Shown here: positions 23,218 through 31,888 of the stretch, piece by piece | Position numbering within the stretch: position 1 is the first letter of the stretch | Layout of the letters: every line of letters starts with the position of its first letter | The notes under the pieces: generated by a model | What the model was told of the DNA's origin: nothing | The model's input: the letters and a program-made list of their open reading frames with translations, nothing else | The model's database searches: none | DNA from: Rhodospirillales bacterium | GTDB taxonomy: Bacteria > Pseudomonadota > Alphaproteobacteria > Rhodospirillales > JAPHTL01 | NCBI GenBank assembly: GCA_026193355.1 | Contig: JAPHTL010000308.1 | Span: 1-36,855 of the forward strand | Direction: 5' to 3' | DNA length: 36,855 nucleotides | Made by a program: the position numbers and the translations under genes

Positions 23218-23768
23218 CTGAACAACCAACAAATGAACTTTCACGCCTTGTGTCGATCCCGGATATCCCTCCGTCAGGCATTCGCCTGACCATTGAGGCC
23301 GATGAAACCGAAAGATGCGCGTTGGCGAAGCGGTTCGACCTTGTCTCAATCGATTCATTGAGCGCCGAGGTCGAGGTCAATCACGGGCCTGTCGCCAAGT
23401 CGATTCGTCTGGAAGGCTCGCTGTGCGCAAATATCACGGAGCGTTGTGTCGTGACGCTGCAGCCGCTCAGCAAACGGATCGAATCGGCGTTCGTAAGGGT
23501 TTTCACGACCCAGCCCGAAACTGAAGAGTCCGATGAAATCGAGGTCTGGCTTGATGAGGATGAACCGCCCGAATTTATCGATGCAGGGGACCTGGATGTC
23601 GGTGAAGTCGTTTCCGAACAGCTTGGCCTTGATCTGGACCCGTTCCCGAGGTCGGAAGGTGCTGAATTTAAAGGGTATAATGAGGTTTCCTCTGGCGACG
23701 CTCCCCCGGAAGAAAAAGCCAATCCCTTTGCCGCGCTTCAGGAGTTACGCGATAAATTGAAGGGTTGA
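23214..23768 (+). CDS. yceD: YceD/DUF177 family protein
   Basis: CVVTLQP, DVGE...EQL.L.LDPFPR and NPFAAL. Lies directly upstream of rpmF. Confidence 0.88.
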   Translation: MTEQPTNELSRLVSIPDIPPSGIRLTIEADETERCALAKRFDLVSIDSLSAEVEVNHGPVAKSIRLEGSLCANITERCVVTLQPLSKRIESAFVRVFTTQPETEESDEIEVWLDEDEPPEFIDAGDLDVGEVVSEQLGLDLDPFPRSEGAEFKGYNEVSSGDAPPEEKANPFAALQELRDKLKG

Positions 23769-23780
23769 TGCTCAAGTTGC

Positions 23781-23809
23781 TTGCAGCGACGGCCTTTTTT
23801 AGCTAGATA
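23781..23809 (+). promoter_or_regulatory. Putative sigma70 promoter for rpmF-plsX-fabH
   Basis: TTGCAG-N17-TAGATA. Confidence 0.45.
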
Positions 23810-23864
23810 CTCGCCCTTTGCCGAGGGCAACTATCCGGCAGCAATGAACATAGAGAAATGATCG

Positions 23865-24050
23865 ATGGCTGTTCCCAAGAAGAAAGTATCGAAATCAAGG
23901 CGTAACATGCGTCGTTCGCACCATGCGCTTAAGGCTTCGAGCTATGTCGAGTGTCCGAACTGTGGCGAACTCAAACGCCCACACCATGTGTGTCCGTCCT
24001 GCGGGCAGTATCGGGAGCGCGAGGTCGTCCAAGCCGTTGAACTGGCTTAA
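23865..24050 (+). CDS. rpmF: 50S ribosomal protein L32 (Zn-ribbon form)
   Basis: [19 protein letters not shown] and CPNC...HHVCPSCG. Confidence 0.98.
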   Translation: MAVPKKKVSKSRRNMRRSHHALKASSYVECPNCGELKRPHHVCPSCGQYREREVVQAVELA

Positions 24051-24094
24051 GACAAGCCGGCTTCGCTTCAGATCAACATTACGGGGTGTTGTCC

Positions 24095-25144
24095 TTGTCA
24101 TCTAAGCTGACGATTTCTATCGACGGCATGGGCGGCGACGATGCTCCGGAAATGGTGATCGCGGGCCTTGCCATGGCACGCGAGAAGCTTCGCAATGTCG
24201 ACTTCCTCGTCTTCGGAGACGAAACCCGCCTCAACAACCTGATCGCGCAGCATGCCGGTCTGGCGGCTGTGTGCTCGGTCCGCCATTCGCCCGATGTCAT
24301 TACAAACGATGACAAGGTCGCCACTGCCCTGCGCAGCGGCAAACAGTCAAGCATGCGCATGGCGATTGATGCCGTTAAGGCAGGCGATGCGGCAGGTGTC
24401 GTTTCCGCCGGAAATACCGGCGCGCTGATGGCCATGGCGAAATTCGTCCTTAGAACCCTTCCCGGCATCGAACGGCCAGCCATTGCAACCGTTATTCCCA
24501 CGCAGCGTGGCGAAACGGTCATGCTCGACCTTGGCGCAAACGTCGATTGCGACTCTGGCAACCTTGTCCAGTTCGCCGTGATCGGCGAAGTTTTCGCCCG
24601 TCAGGTCCTCAAATTGAAGCAACCATCGGTCGGCCTCCTCAATATCGGCGAGGAAGAACTGAAGGGCAACGATTCCGTCAAGGAAGCAAGCCGCATCCTT
24701 CATAACTCAAACCTGCCGATAAGCTTCTACGGGTTCATCGAGGGCGACGATATCGGCGCCGGAACCGTGGATGTTGTCGTCACCGACGGCTTTACGGGCA
24801 ACGTGGCCCTGAAGACCGCAGAGGGAACCGCGCAATTGCTTGCGCACTTCCTGAAGGAAGCCTTGAACAGTTCCCTGTTGTCGAAGGCGGGCGCATTGCT
24901 ACTGCTTCCTGCGCTCAGGAAATTCAAGGAACGATTCGATCCGCGCCGCTATAATGGGGCCATGTTCCTTGGCCTGAACGGTATCTGCGTCAAAAGCCAT
25001 GGCGGAACCGATGCGCTCGGTTTCAGTCATGCTGTCTGCGTCGCCGCCGACCTCATAAAGCAGGGATTCAATGATCGCATCAAGGAAGACCTTGAAAGTC
25101 TGATAGCAATGGATGGGGCAGAAGCGGCTGCTGCTTCGGACTGA
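24095..25144 (+). CDS. plsX: Phosphate acyltransferase PlsX (start approximate)
   Basis: [40 protein letters not shown] and KSHG. Confidence 0.96.
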   Translation: MSSKLTISIDGMGGDDAPEMVIAGLAMAREKLRNVDFLVFGDETRLNNLIAQHAGLAAVCSVRHSPDVITNDDKVATALRSGKQSSMRMAIDAVKAGDAAGVVSAGNTGALMAMAKFVLRTLPGIERPAIATVIPTQRGETVMLDLGANVDCDSGNLVQFAVIGEVFARQVLKLKQPSVGLLNIGEEELKGNDSVKEASRILHNSNLPISFYGFIEGDDIGAGTVDVVVTDGFTGNVALKTAEGTAQLLAHFLKEALNSSLLSKAGALLLLPALRKFKERFDPRRYNGAMFLGLNGICVKSHGGTDALGFSHAVCVAADLIKQGFNDRIKEDLESLIAMDGAEAAAASD

Positions 25145-25149
25145 TAACC

Positions 25150-26130
25150 ATGGCCCGTATTATTTCCCAGATCATCGGATGCGGATCGTACCTGCCTGAA
25201 AAGATCCTGACGAACGAAGACCTGAGCCATATCGTCGATACGACGGATGAATGGATCACATCGCGATCAGGCATCAGGCGCAGGCACATTGCAGCGGAAG
25301 GGGAACTGACATCCGATCTGGCCCTCAAGGCCGCAGAACGGGCGCTGGCGCATGCCAAGATCGATGCCGGCGAGATCGATCTCATCGTTGTTGCGACGAC
25401 AACCCCCGACAATACATTCCCGGCCACAGCCGTAAAGGTGCAGGCCAGACTCGGAATGACGCACGGCTTCGCCTTTGACGTTCAGGCCGTATGTTCCGGC
25501 TTTGTCTATGCCCTGGCCACGGCGGACAATTTCATCCGGGCGGGCCAGGCGAAGGCGGCGCTGGTGATCGGCGCCGAGACGTTTTCAAGAATCCTCGACT
25601 GGAACGATCGCACCACCTGCGTTCTCTTCGGGGATGGCGCAGGCGCTGTCGTCCTGCGTGGTGAGGAAACAGGCGGGGATCCGGCCACACAGAGGGGCAT
25701 TCTCTCCTCACACCTGCACTCGGATGGCCGATACACGGACCTTCTCTATGTTGATGGGGGGCCTTCCTCTACGAAAACCGTCGGTCACGTCCGCATGGAA
25801 GGCAAGGAAGTCTTCCGTCATGCGGTCGTCAATCTGGCCGAGGTCGTCCATGAGGCGCTTGAAGCCAATGGACTGGAACCATCCGACCTTGACTGGGTCG
25901 TACCCCACCAGGCGAACAAACGCATCCTCGACGGTACCGCACGAAAACTCAAAATGGACAGCGGGAAGATTGTCGTCACGGTTGAAGAGCATGCCAACAC
26001 GTCGGCTGCGTCCGTCCCACTGGCGCTCGACACGGCTGTTCGGGATGGCCGCATCAAACGCGGCGATCTGCTGCTTTTGGAGGCGATGGGCGGCGGCCTG
26101 ACATGGGGAGCCAGCCTGGTTCGCTGGTGA
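25150..26130 (+). CDS. fabH: Beta-ketoacyl-ACP synthase III
   Basis: DTTDEWI, AVCSGF (catalytic Cys), [13 protein letters not shown] and HANTSAAS. Confidence 0.97.
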   Translation: MARIISQIIGCGSYLPEKILTNEDLSHIVDTTDEWITSRSGIRRRHIAAEGELTSDLALKAAERALAHAKIDAGEIDLIVVATTTPDNTFPATAVKVQARLGMTHGFAFDVQAVCSGFVYALATADNFIRAGQAKAALVIGAETFSRILDWNDRTTCVLFGDGAGAVVLRGEETGGDPATQRGILSSHLHSDGRYTDLLYVDGGPSSTKTVGHVRMEGKEVFRHAVVNLAEVVHEALEANGLEPSDLDWVVPHQANKRILDGTARKLKMDSGKIVVTVEEHANTSAASVPLALDTAVRDGRIKRGDLLLLEAMGGGLTWGASLVRW

Positions 26131-26170
26131 TTTCCACAGTTCTTCAAGACCGCTTTGAAATCGTTTCGAG

Positions 26171-26199
26171 TTGACGGTCACGTCGATCAGAATTATGTT
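26171..26199 (+). promoter_or_regulatory. Putative sigma70 promoter for ihfA-merR
   Basis: TTGACG-N17-TATGTT. Confidence 0.55.
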
Positions 26200-26233
26200 T
26201 TTGAATTCAAAGAGTAATTTGAGGATTGGCGGG

Positions 26234-26539
26234 ATGAGCAACAACACCATCACGCGTGCACAGTTGGCCGAGGCTGTTTATCAGGAAGTCGGGCTTTCCC
26301 GGAATGAGTCGGCTGATCTTCTTGAGGCCGTTTTGACCCGTATATCGGACGCCCTTTCTCGCGGTGAAACCGTGAAGATATCGTCCTTCGGAAGTTTCTC
26401 TGTCCGGCGCAAGGGACAGCGAATTGGGCGCAACCCGAAGACAGGTCAGGAAGTTCCGATCCTGCCGCGCAAGGTTCTCGTTTATCGACCGTCCCAGGTT
26501 CTCAAGGACAGGATCACCAAATCGCTTGGCGGACACTGA
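26234..26539 (+). CDS. ihfA: Integration host factor subunit alpha
   Basis: [19 protein letters not shown] and RIGRNPKTG. Confidence 0.96.
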   Translation: MSNNTITRAQLAEAVYQEVGLSRNESADLLEAVLTRISDALSRGETVKISSFGSFSVRRKGQRIGRNPKTGQEVPILPRKVLVYRPSQVLKDRITKSLGGH

Positions 26540-26569
26540 TAATATCCGTCATGGAGGAGGGGTCTCGGC

Positions 26570-26968
26570 GTGACGAAAACTGAGAAATCGCCAACGGCTT
26601 TCCGCACCATCAGCGAAGTTGCTGGTGATCTTGATCTTCCGCAACACGTTCTTCGTTTCTGGGAAAGCAAGTTCCCCCAGGTTCATCCACTGAAACGCGG
26701 TGGTGGTCGTCGTTACTATCGCCCCGAAGACATCGCGATTCTCAAACGCATACGCGTTCTTCTTCATGATGAAGGGTATACGATTCGCGGCGTTCAGAAA
26801 TTGCTGCGCGATGAATCATCTTCGTCCGATGGTGCGGCACAGGCTGAAACAGCAGGAAGTCACGATTCTTCTGGTGTGCAAATCGATAGCGGCGCCCGTG
26901 AAGTCTTGACCGCCGCCATCAATGAACTCGAAGACATGAAACGGCTTTTGCAGCGCACCGTTGGCTGA
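26570..26968 (+). CDS. MerR-family HTH regulator (the conserved ihfA-linked type)
   Basis: FRTISEVA..L....[16 protein letters not shown] and [21 protein letters not shown] precedes the GTG. Confidence 0.9.
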   Translation: MTKTEKSPTAFRTISEVAGDLDLPQHVLRFWESKFPQVHPLKRGGGRRYYRPEDIAILKRIRVLLHDEGYTIRGVQKLLRDESSSSDGAAQAETAGSHDSSGVQIDSGAREVLTAAINELEDMKRLLQRTVG

Positions 26969-27001
26969 ATTTAAAAGCGACTTCAGATATGTAGGGAAGC
27001 G

Positions 27002-27030
27002 TTGCGCCGCACGGGGGCGATGAGTATAGT
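27002..27030 (+). promoter_or_regulatory. Putative sigma70 promoter for tRNA-Pro
   Basis: TTGCGC-N17-TATAGT followed by a GC-rich discriminator. Confidence 0.6.
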
Positions 27031-27060
27031 GCGGCCACCGTTTCTGACGGTTTGCCTAAT

Positions 27061-27137
<77 letters not shown>

Positions 27138-27140
27138 GAT

Positions 27141-27177
27141 ACAGATGGGGCCGGTCCTTTGGACCGGCCCCATTTGT
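27141..27177. terminator. Hairpin/terminator between tRNA-Pro and the convergent hypothetical gene
   Basis: ACAGATGGGGCCGGTCC-TTT-GGACCGGCCCCATTTGT, a 17-bp stem with one G-T pair. Confidence 0.75.
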
Positions 27178-27181
27178 GTGT

Positions 27182-27715
27182 TCAATCCGTTGGTTCGTTG
27201 CTGTCCCTTGATGAGAAACAAGCAGCAACCCTTTCGCCGGGAAGGGGGGCTGTTTGATGGCCGCCGTCGCACCCATTCGCCTGTTCCGCACCGATCGTCC
27301 AGTGATGAATCGCCTCCGCCTTCCGTGCCCTGTCCCTGACATGAACCAGCAGAATTGAGTGGCAAGGGCCGCTTTTTCGTGGCCTCAGGTCGCGAATACC
27401 TGCTGCAATGTTTTCGGCTATTGCCGCTTGCTCCCTGATCCAGTCTTCAAGCGATTCTTCGGCAATGTTTTCCCTGACGTAACGAAGCACCCGATACCAT
27501 TGTTCCGCTCTTGAGACCTGCGCACTCACGCGGAAAGGGTTTTCCTTTATGAAACGCTGGATCAGATTCCATTTTAGCGCCTGCAACTCCGTACGCGCCG
27601 ACGCAGTCATTTCGGCGTTGTCCTGGTACCGTTCGCTTTCTTGAATCGAGCGGATGTTTTTGGCAACAGAGAACCTTGGCAATCGTCGGCGATTTGAGTG
27701 TTTCGTTATGGACAT
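27182..27715 (-). CDS. Hypothetical protein (start uncertain: 27739, 27715 or 27610)
   Basis: Longest ORF in the gap, with a helical amphipathic core. It stops right at the hairpin. No family recognised. Confidence 0.5.
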   Translation of the reverse strand: MSITKHSNRRRLPRFSVAKNIRSIQESERYQDNAEMTASARTELQALKWNLIQRFIKENPFRVSAQVSRAEQWYRVLRYVRENIAEESLEDWIREQAAIAENIAAGIRDLRPRKSGPCHSILLVHVRDRARKAEAIHHWTIGAEQANGCDGGHQTAPLPGERVAACFSSRDSNEPTD

Positions 27716-27916
27716 TTTATAACTGCACCGCATGCACATCCACCGTTTGCCTGTTTCAGTTGGGTGGTTTATCCCTGCTATTCAAGAGGTTGATGAAGTT
27801 TGCTGACAACTCAGGCGATGACGATTACGGACCATTAACGCCCGCCAACATCCATCGCAGTTAATGGGGGGCTCATCATTGCGGAATCGATCCGATCAGT
27901 GGGGGCAGGCTGATCT

Positions 27917-28174
27917 TCAGGGGGAAGCCACCTTAATTCCCTTGTCGGTAAGCTTGCACACAAGCCAATCAGGTTTCATGGGATTGGAAAACCAGGGTTC
28001 AGCCCATCCTTGCTTGACGCAGCTTTGGACTGTCTGGTCGCTAACCTTCTGACCTGATTCATCGAACAGGGGCAGCTTTCCTCCGGGCTGTTCAAGGCCA
28101 CGACGCAACCACCGTATCTGTATCCTCGTTGGGCGCCGTGTTTTTTCACCCGAGATCTTCTGGTTGCCGCTCAT
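27917..28174 (-). CDS. Small hypothetical protein, possibly winged-helix-like
   Basis: GGAGG RBS upstream on the minus strand. Sequence WLRRGLEQPGGKLPLFD...C...GWAEPWF.NP.KPDWLVCKLTDKG looks like a Rhodospirillales conserved family. Confidence 0.75.
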   Translation of the reverse strand: MSGNQKISGEKTRRPTRIQIRWLRRGLEQPGGKLPLFDESGQKVSDQTVQSCVKQGWAEPWFSNPMKPDWLVCKLTDKGIKVASP

Positions 28175-28282
28175 GGTTCCAGCCTCCCTGTGGGTCGGCC
28201 CGATTTTTCGGGTCCGATTACGTCCATGAATGGTAATTTAGACAGCGCAAAAGGCCAAGCAGTCAAAACGAAGGGGGCGATC

Positions 28283-28609
28283 ATGGAACTTCGACTGGTT
28301 TACGTAACGGCATCGTCGAAAGAAGAAGCTGTCGCCATTGGAATCAGGGCGGTCGAGGAAAAGCTTGTCGCCTGCGCCAACGTTTTGGACGGTTTGACAT
28401 CGATTTATCGATGGGAGGGGGCAATCGCGCAGGATGCGGAAACGCTTCTTGTCATGAAAACAACTGCGGGGAACATTGAAAAGCTCACCCAACTGGTCAA
28501 GTCACTGCACAGCTATACCTGCCCTTGCGTCGTAACGCTGCCAATTCTGGAGGGAAACCAGGCCTTTTTGGACTGGATCGTGGATGAAACCGCAAAGACG
28601 GGCCCCTAG
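28283..28609 (+). CDS. cutA: Divalent-cation tolerance protein CutA
   Basis: LVACANV, SIYRWEG, E..L.MKT and LHSYTCP. Confidence 0.94.
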   Translation: MELRLVYVTASSKEEAVAIGIRAVEEKLVACANVLDGLTSIYRWEGAIAQDAETLLVMKTTAGNIEKLTQLVKSLHSYTCPCVVTLPILEGNQAFLDWIVDETAKTGP

Positions 28610-29559
28610 CTGCTGACTTCCTGGCCTTTCTTCGAACGAATCCGTTCCGAAATCTTGTGGGCAATCGCCGCAACATCGTCCTTGATATCGAATGCCTTTC
28701 CGATGGCCTGCGAGAGCGGCTTGAGCAGTTTTACGTCTTTCTCTTCCGGGAATTCCGCAGACTTGATTCGCGTCGCCACATCAAGGAGAGAGCCGCACAG
28801 TTCGGAGACGTGGTTGTAGCTGGTCCCAAGCAGTCGACGGCTTGTGTCTTCGGCAACGAAAACGAGGCGATCGACATAATCCCTTATATTCTGATCGATG
28901 ATGCGTCTTTCGTAGGCTGGCACTATCAATTCAACAAGCAAACCGATCTGAACGGCATGCCGCTCAAGCTTTTCCTGGTTGATGCGTTTGATCGTGTCAT
29001 CGATTTCCTGTTGCAGCATCGACTGTTCCGACCCGCCGACGATACGGGCGCGCAGGGTGTTCGGAACGTTAATGAGGGGGATTTCAATTCCGCCCCGCTT
29101 GGCCTCCGGTGATCGCCTGTCTGGGCCGATGTAATCCGTTGTCACGACGAACGGTTTTCGGCTTTTTATCAGGGCGGAGATCCGGTCTATGACGTGCCCG
29201 GATGAAAGGGGCATAACGAAAAGATCATCAGCGCCGGAGTTGACGATGCGACGGACGACACGCTCTTCCGGGGCGCTTGTCATCATGATGATCGGAATGA
29301 AAGGATTGCCGCCGTATTCGTGATGGCGAAGGGCATGTACGACATCACAGGGATCCGGCTCACCCGGGAATTCCGTTGCAAGAATCAGGATGTCCGGCGA
29401 TCCGAGCCGTATGGACGTTCTGGCATCTTCCCACGAGCGGACATGATCGATCTGTCTAAAGCCAGCATTCCTTATGACCGTATCGATATTGTCCCGATTG
29501 TTTTTGTCGGGCTCGGCAATGAGGACCTTCACACGGTCAAATCGCTGCTGGATGGACAT
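28606..29559 (-). CDS. Atypical (aspartate-less) response regulator with an uncharacterised helical C-terminal domain
   Basis: Receiver fold pattern VLIAEPD / PDILILA / PIIMMTS / GADDLFVMP, then RKPFVVTTDYIGPDRR and VPNTLR. GAGG RBS. Confidence 0.85.
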   Translation of the reverse strand: MSIQQRFDRVKVLIAEPDKNNRDNIDTVIRNAGFRQIDHVRSWEDARTSIRLGSPDILILATEFPGEPDPCDVVHALRHHEYGGNPFIPIIMMTSAPEERVVRRIVNSGADDLFVMPLSSGHVIDRISALIKSRKPFVVTTDYIGPDRRSPEAKRGGIEIPLINVPNTLRARIVGGSEQSMLQQEIDDTIKRINQEKLERHAVQIGLLVELIVPAYERRIIDQNIRDYVDRLVFVAEDTSRRLLGTSYNHVSELCGSLLDVATRIKSAEFPEEKDVKLLKPLSQAIGKAFDIKDDVAAIAHKISERIRSKKGQEVSS

Positions 29560-29637
29560 TTACCTCTGCCGCTGGTTTTGCGATGCTACCAGAAAGAGAA
29601 TAAACGGCGCGCCCGGCAAATCAACTCTAACGGATAA

Positions 29638-30795
29638 TCAGCCCAAAAAAGCGAGATTGGCCAGCGCCTGGGCGGCGACCCCCTCTTTCCGGCCAGTGAA
29701 ACCAAGCCCTTCCGTCGTCGTCGCCTTGACGGAAACACGATCGGCATCGATGCCAAGGACATCTGCAACCACTGCGATCATCGCTGAACGATGCGGGCCT
29801 ATCCTGGGAGATTCGCAGATCAGTGTGACATCAACATTCACGATGCTTCCTCCCTTTTCACGGACCAGCGAAACCGCATGTTCGAGAAACACTTTCGACG
29901 CCGCGCCTTTCCAACGGGGATCGCTTGGAGGAAAATGGAGGCCGATATCACCCGCGCCGATAGCGCCAAGCAACGCATCGGTCAGGGCGTGAAGCGCGAC
30001 ATCCGCGTCCGAATGGCCTTCAAGGGCGAATTCATGGGGGATTTCCACACCGCACAGGGTGACGCTTTCGCCTTGAACAAAGCGGTGAACATCGAAGCCG
30101 GTCCCAACCCTTGTCTGCGCATTGTCTCTGACAAGGCGTTCCGCCCTTGAATGATCTTCCGGTGTCGTCACCTTGAAATTCTCCTCGCAACCTTCGACCA
30201 GCAAAACATCCAGTCCCGCTTTTTCCATAACCGCGGCGTCATCCGTCAAGGCGCAGCCAGCAGCGCCCCTGTGCGCCCGAAGAATATCGTCGTAACGAAA
30301 CCCCTGTGGGGTTTGGGCGCGATAAAGGCCGGAACGATCGACCGTCTCAAGGATCAATCCGCGCGCCGAGCGCTTGATCGTATCCGTCAGGGGCAGGGCG
30401 GGCAGGGCGCCAGGAGCCCTCCCCAATGCTTCGATTACGGAAGATATGACCCGATTGCTGACGAAAGGTCTGGCGGCATCATGGACAAGAACGATATCGG
30501 GCCTGTCGTCCACAAGGCTTTCAAGGCCGTTCAGAACCGATTCCTGCCTGGTTTCACCGCCAAAGACCGGATCAAGCAGCGACAGGCCGTCAAGAGCGGA
30601 ATCATACAGTTCAATATCGTCGGGATGGATAACAACGCGAACCGCGTTCACATCCGGGTGGTCAAGTAATTTCTGTACGGTCCGTCGAATGAGGGGAATG
30701 CCGCAAACAGGCGCATACTGTTTGGGAAGTGTTGCGCCAAAACGGCTACCGCGTCCTCCGGCGACAATAAGTGCTGCGCAGGTCATTTCCGGCAT
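29638..30795 (-). CDS. ispDF: Bifunctional IspD/IspF (MEP pathway)
   Basis: IspD motifs AGGRGSRFG..PKQY, HDAARP, QTPQGF and KVTTPED. IspF motifs GFDVH, GHSDADV and KATTTEGLGFTGR. Confidence 0.97.
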   Translation of the reverse strand: MPEMTCAALIVAGGRGSRFGATLPKQYAPVCGIPLIRRTVQKLLDHPDVNAVRVVIHPDDIELYDSALDGLSLLDPVFGGETRQESVLNGLESLVDDRPDIVLVHDAARPFVSNRVISSVIEALGRAPGALPALPLTDTIKRSARGLILETVDRSGLYRAQTPQGFRYDDILRAHRGAAGCALTDDAAVMEKAGLDVLLVEGCEENFKVTTPEDHSRAERLVRDNAQTRVGTGFDVHRFVQGESVTLCGVEIPHEFALEGHSDADVALHALTDALLGAIGAGDIGLHFPPSDPRWKGAASKVFLEHAVSLVREKGGSIVNVDVTLICESPRIGPHRSAMIAVVADVLGIDADRVSVKATTTEGLGFTGRKEGVAAQALANLAFLG

Positions 30796-30933
30796 AATGT
30801 TCCAGGCCCGTTCGTCATCATGTTTTCACCGCCTAACGGTAACAGGGCGAAGAAAACAAGTCATTGCATCAAAAGTCCAAAAAAACCGCCATGACCTCTT
30901 TTCGTTAACGCGAAGAGTGCTACACTCCGCGCC

Positions 30934-31737
30934 ATGAGTCAGGGACTTGTATTCAGTTTCGCCGCGCTTACCGCGATGGTTCCCGCATTCGTTTTTTCCT
31001 TGCGAAAAGACGGTCAACGGGGGGCCATGTTCTGGATTCTTCTGACGGTTGCCTTCGCCGGAACGGCATCCTGGGTCGCCGTTCAGATCACCGGGCACTG
31101 GAGCACAGGCCTCGCATCGGCCCTTTGGGTGACAATCGGCGCCAGTCTGTTTCTTTTCGCCTGGGTTTCGGCGTTGACCCCTCAGGGCTGGCGTCTGACG
31201 CCATTGCTTGTTCCCTATCTTTTTATCCTTGGCGTCATCGCAACGGTCTGGCTCACCGTACCGGGTAAAATGATGGCCCCAAATCTGGCGATGGGATGGG
31301 TTGCTGTCCATATCGTCCTTTCCGTCATCACCTACGCGCTCGTGACCATTGCTTCCGTGGCGGCGCTGGCCGCATTTCTTCAGGAACGCGCACTGAAAAA
31401 CAAGAGACCGACGACCCTGTCTCGGCTCCTTCCTTCGGTGATAGACAGCGAGAAGCTTCTCGTCAGGCTTCTGGTGGCCGCCGAAACCGTATTGGGTTTT
31501 GGCGTCGTGTCAGGCATGGCGCTTCAATATGAAACGAATGGCTCGCTCCTGACGCCTGACCACAAGACGCTCCTTTCTCTCGCAGCGTTCGTTGTAATCG
31601 GCGCGCTTTTGCTGGCCCACCGGCTGACCGGCGTCCGTGGAAAGGCCGCCACCAGACTCGTGCTTCTGGCCTATCTTCTTTTGACCCTTGGTTATCCTGG
31701 TGTGAAATTCATCACGAGCATTCTGATCGGCAAGTAA
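30934..31737 (+). CDS. Cytochrome c assembly family membrane protein (CcsA/YpjD-like)
   Basis: About 8 TM segments, with HIVLS..TYA, LQER.LK.K, LPS, HKTLLS, G.RG and L.LGYPG.KF. Confidence 0.8.
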   Translation: MSQGLVFSFAALTAMVPAFVFSLRKDGQRGAMFWILLTVAFAGTASWVAVQITGHWSTGLASALWVTIGASLFLFAWVSALTPQGWRLTPLLVPYLFILGVIATVWLTVPGKMMAPNLAMGWVAVHIVLSVITYALVTIASVAALAAFLQERALKNKRPTTLSRLLPSVIDSEKLLVRLLVAAETVLGFGVVSGMALQYETNGSLLTPDHKTLLSLAAFVVIGALLLAHRLTGVRGKAATRLVLLAYLLLTLGYPGVKFITSILIGK

Positions 31738-31754
31738 ACGCCACCGGAAAGGCG

Positions 31755-31818
31755 TTGCGCACACGGCAGGTTTTGCTTAAAAAATAATCAAACTTTTGGT
31801 GTGCCCAATTACACTGCA
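31755..31818 (+). promoter_or_regulatory. Putative dusB-ntrBC promoter overlapped by two NtrC-like 17-bp sites
   Basis: TTGCGC-N17-TAAAAA promoter candidate. TGCTTAAAAAATAATCA (31774-31790) and TGCCCAATTACACTGCA (31802-31818) fit TGC-N11-GCA with 1 and 0 mismatches. Confidence 0.55.
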
Positions 31819-31888
31819 CTCTCGAAACGCCAATTGATGCGGACTGCTTTTCCGCACTGTTCGTTTTTTTACGAAGGCACATGGTTTG

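Noticed and set aside
26171-26233. N-terminal extension of IhfA from TTG 26171 in the ORF track
   Set aside because: That TTG is more likely the -35 element (TTGACG). ATG 26234 has a GAGGA RBS and gives the normal length.
26570-26968. MerR-family gene as the LiuR binding the 2510-2531 palindrome
   Set aside because: Its sequence and position match the widely conserved ihfA-linked MerR-like protein, and nothing in the window ties it to the operator.
28298-28310. Second LiuR-like TTTACGTAAC
   Set aside because: Only a half match, inside the cutA coding sequence.
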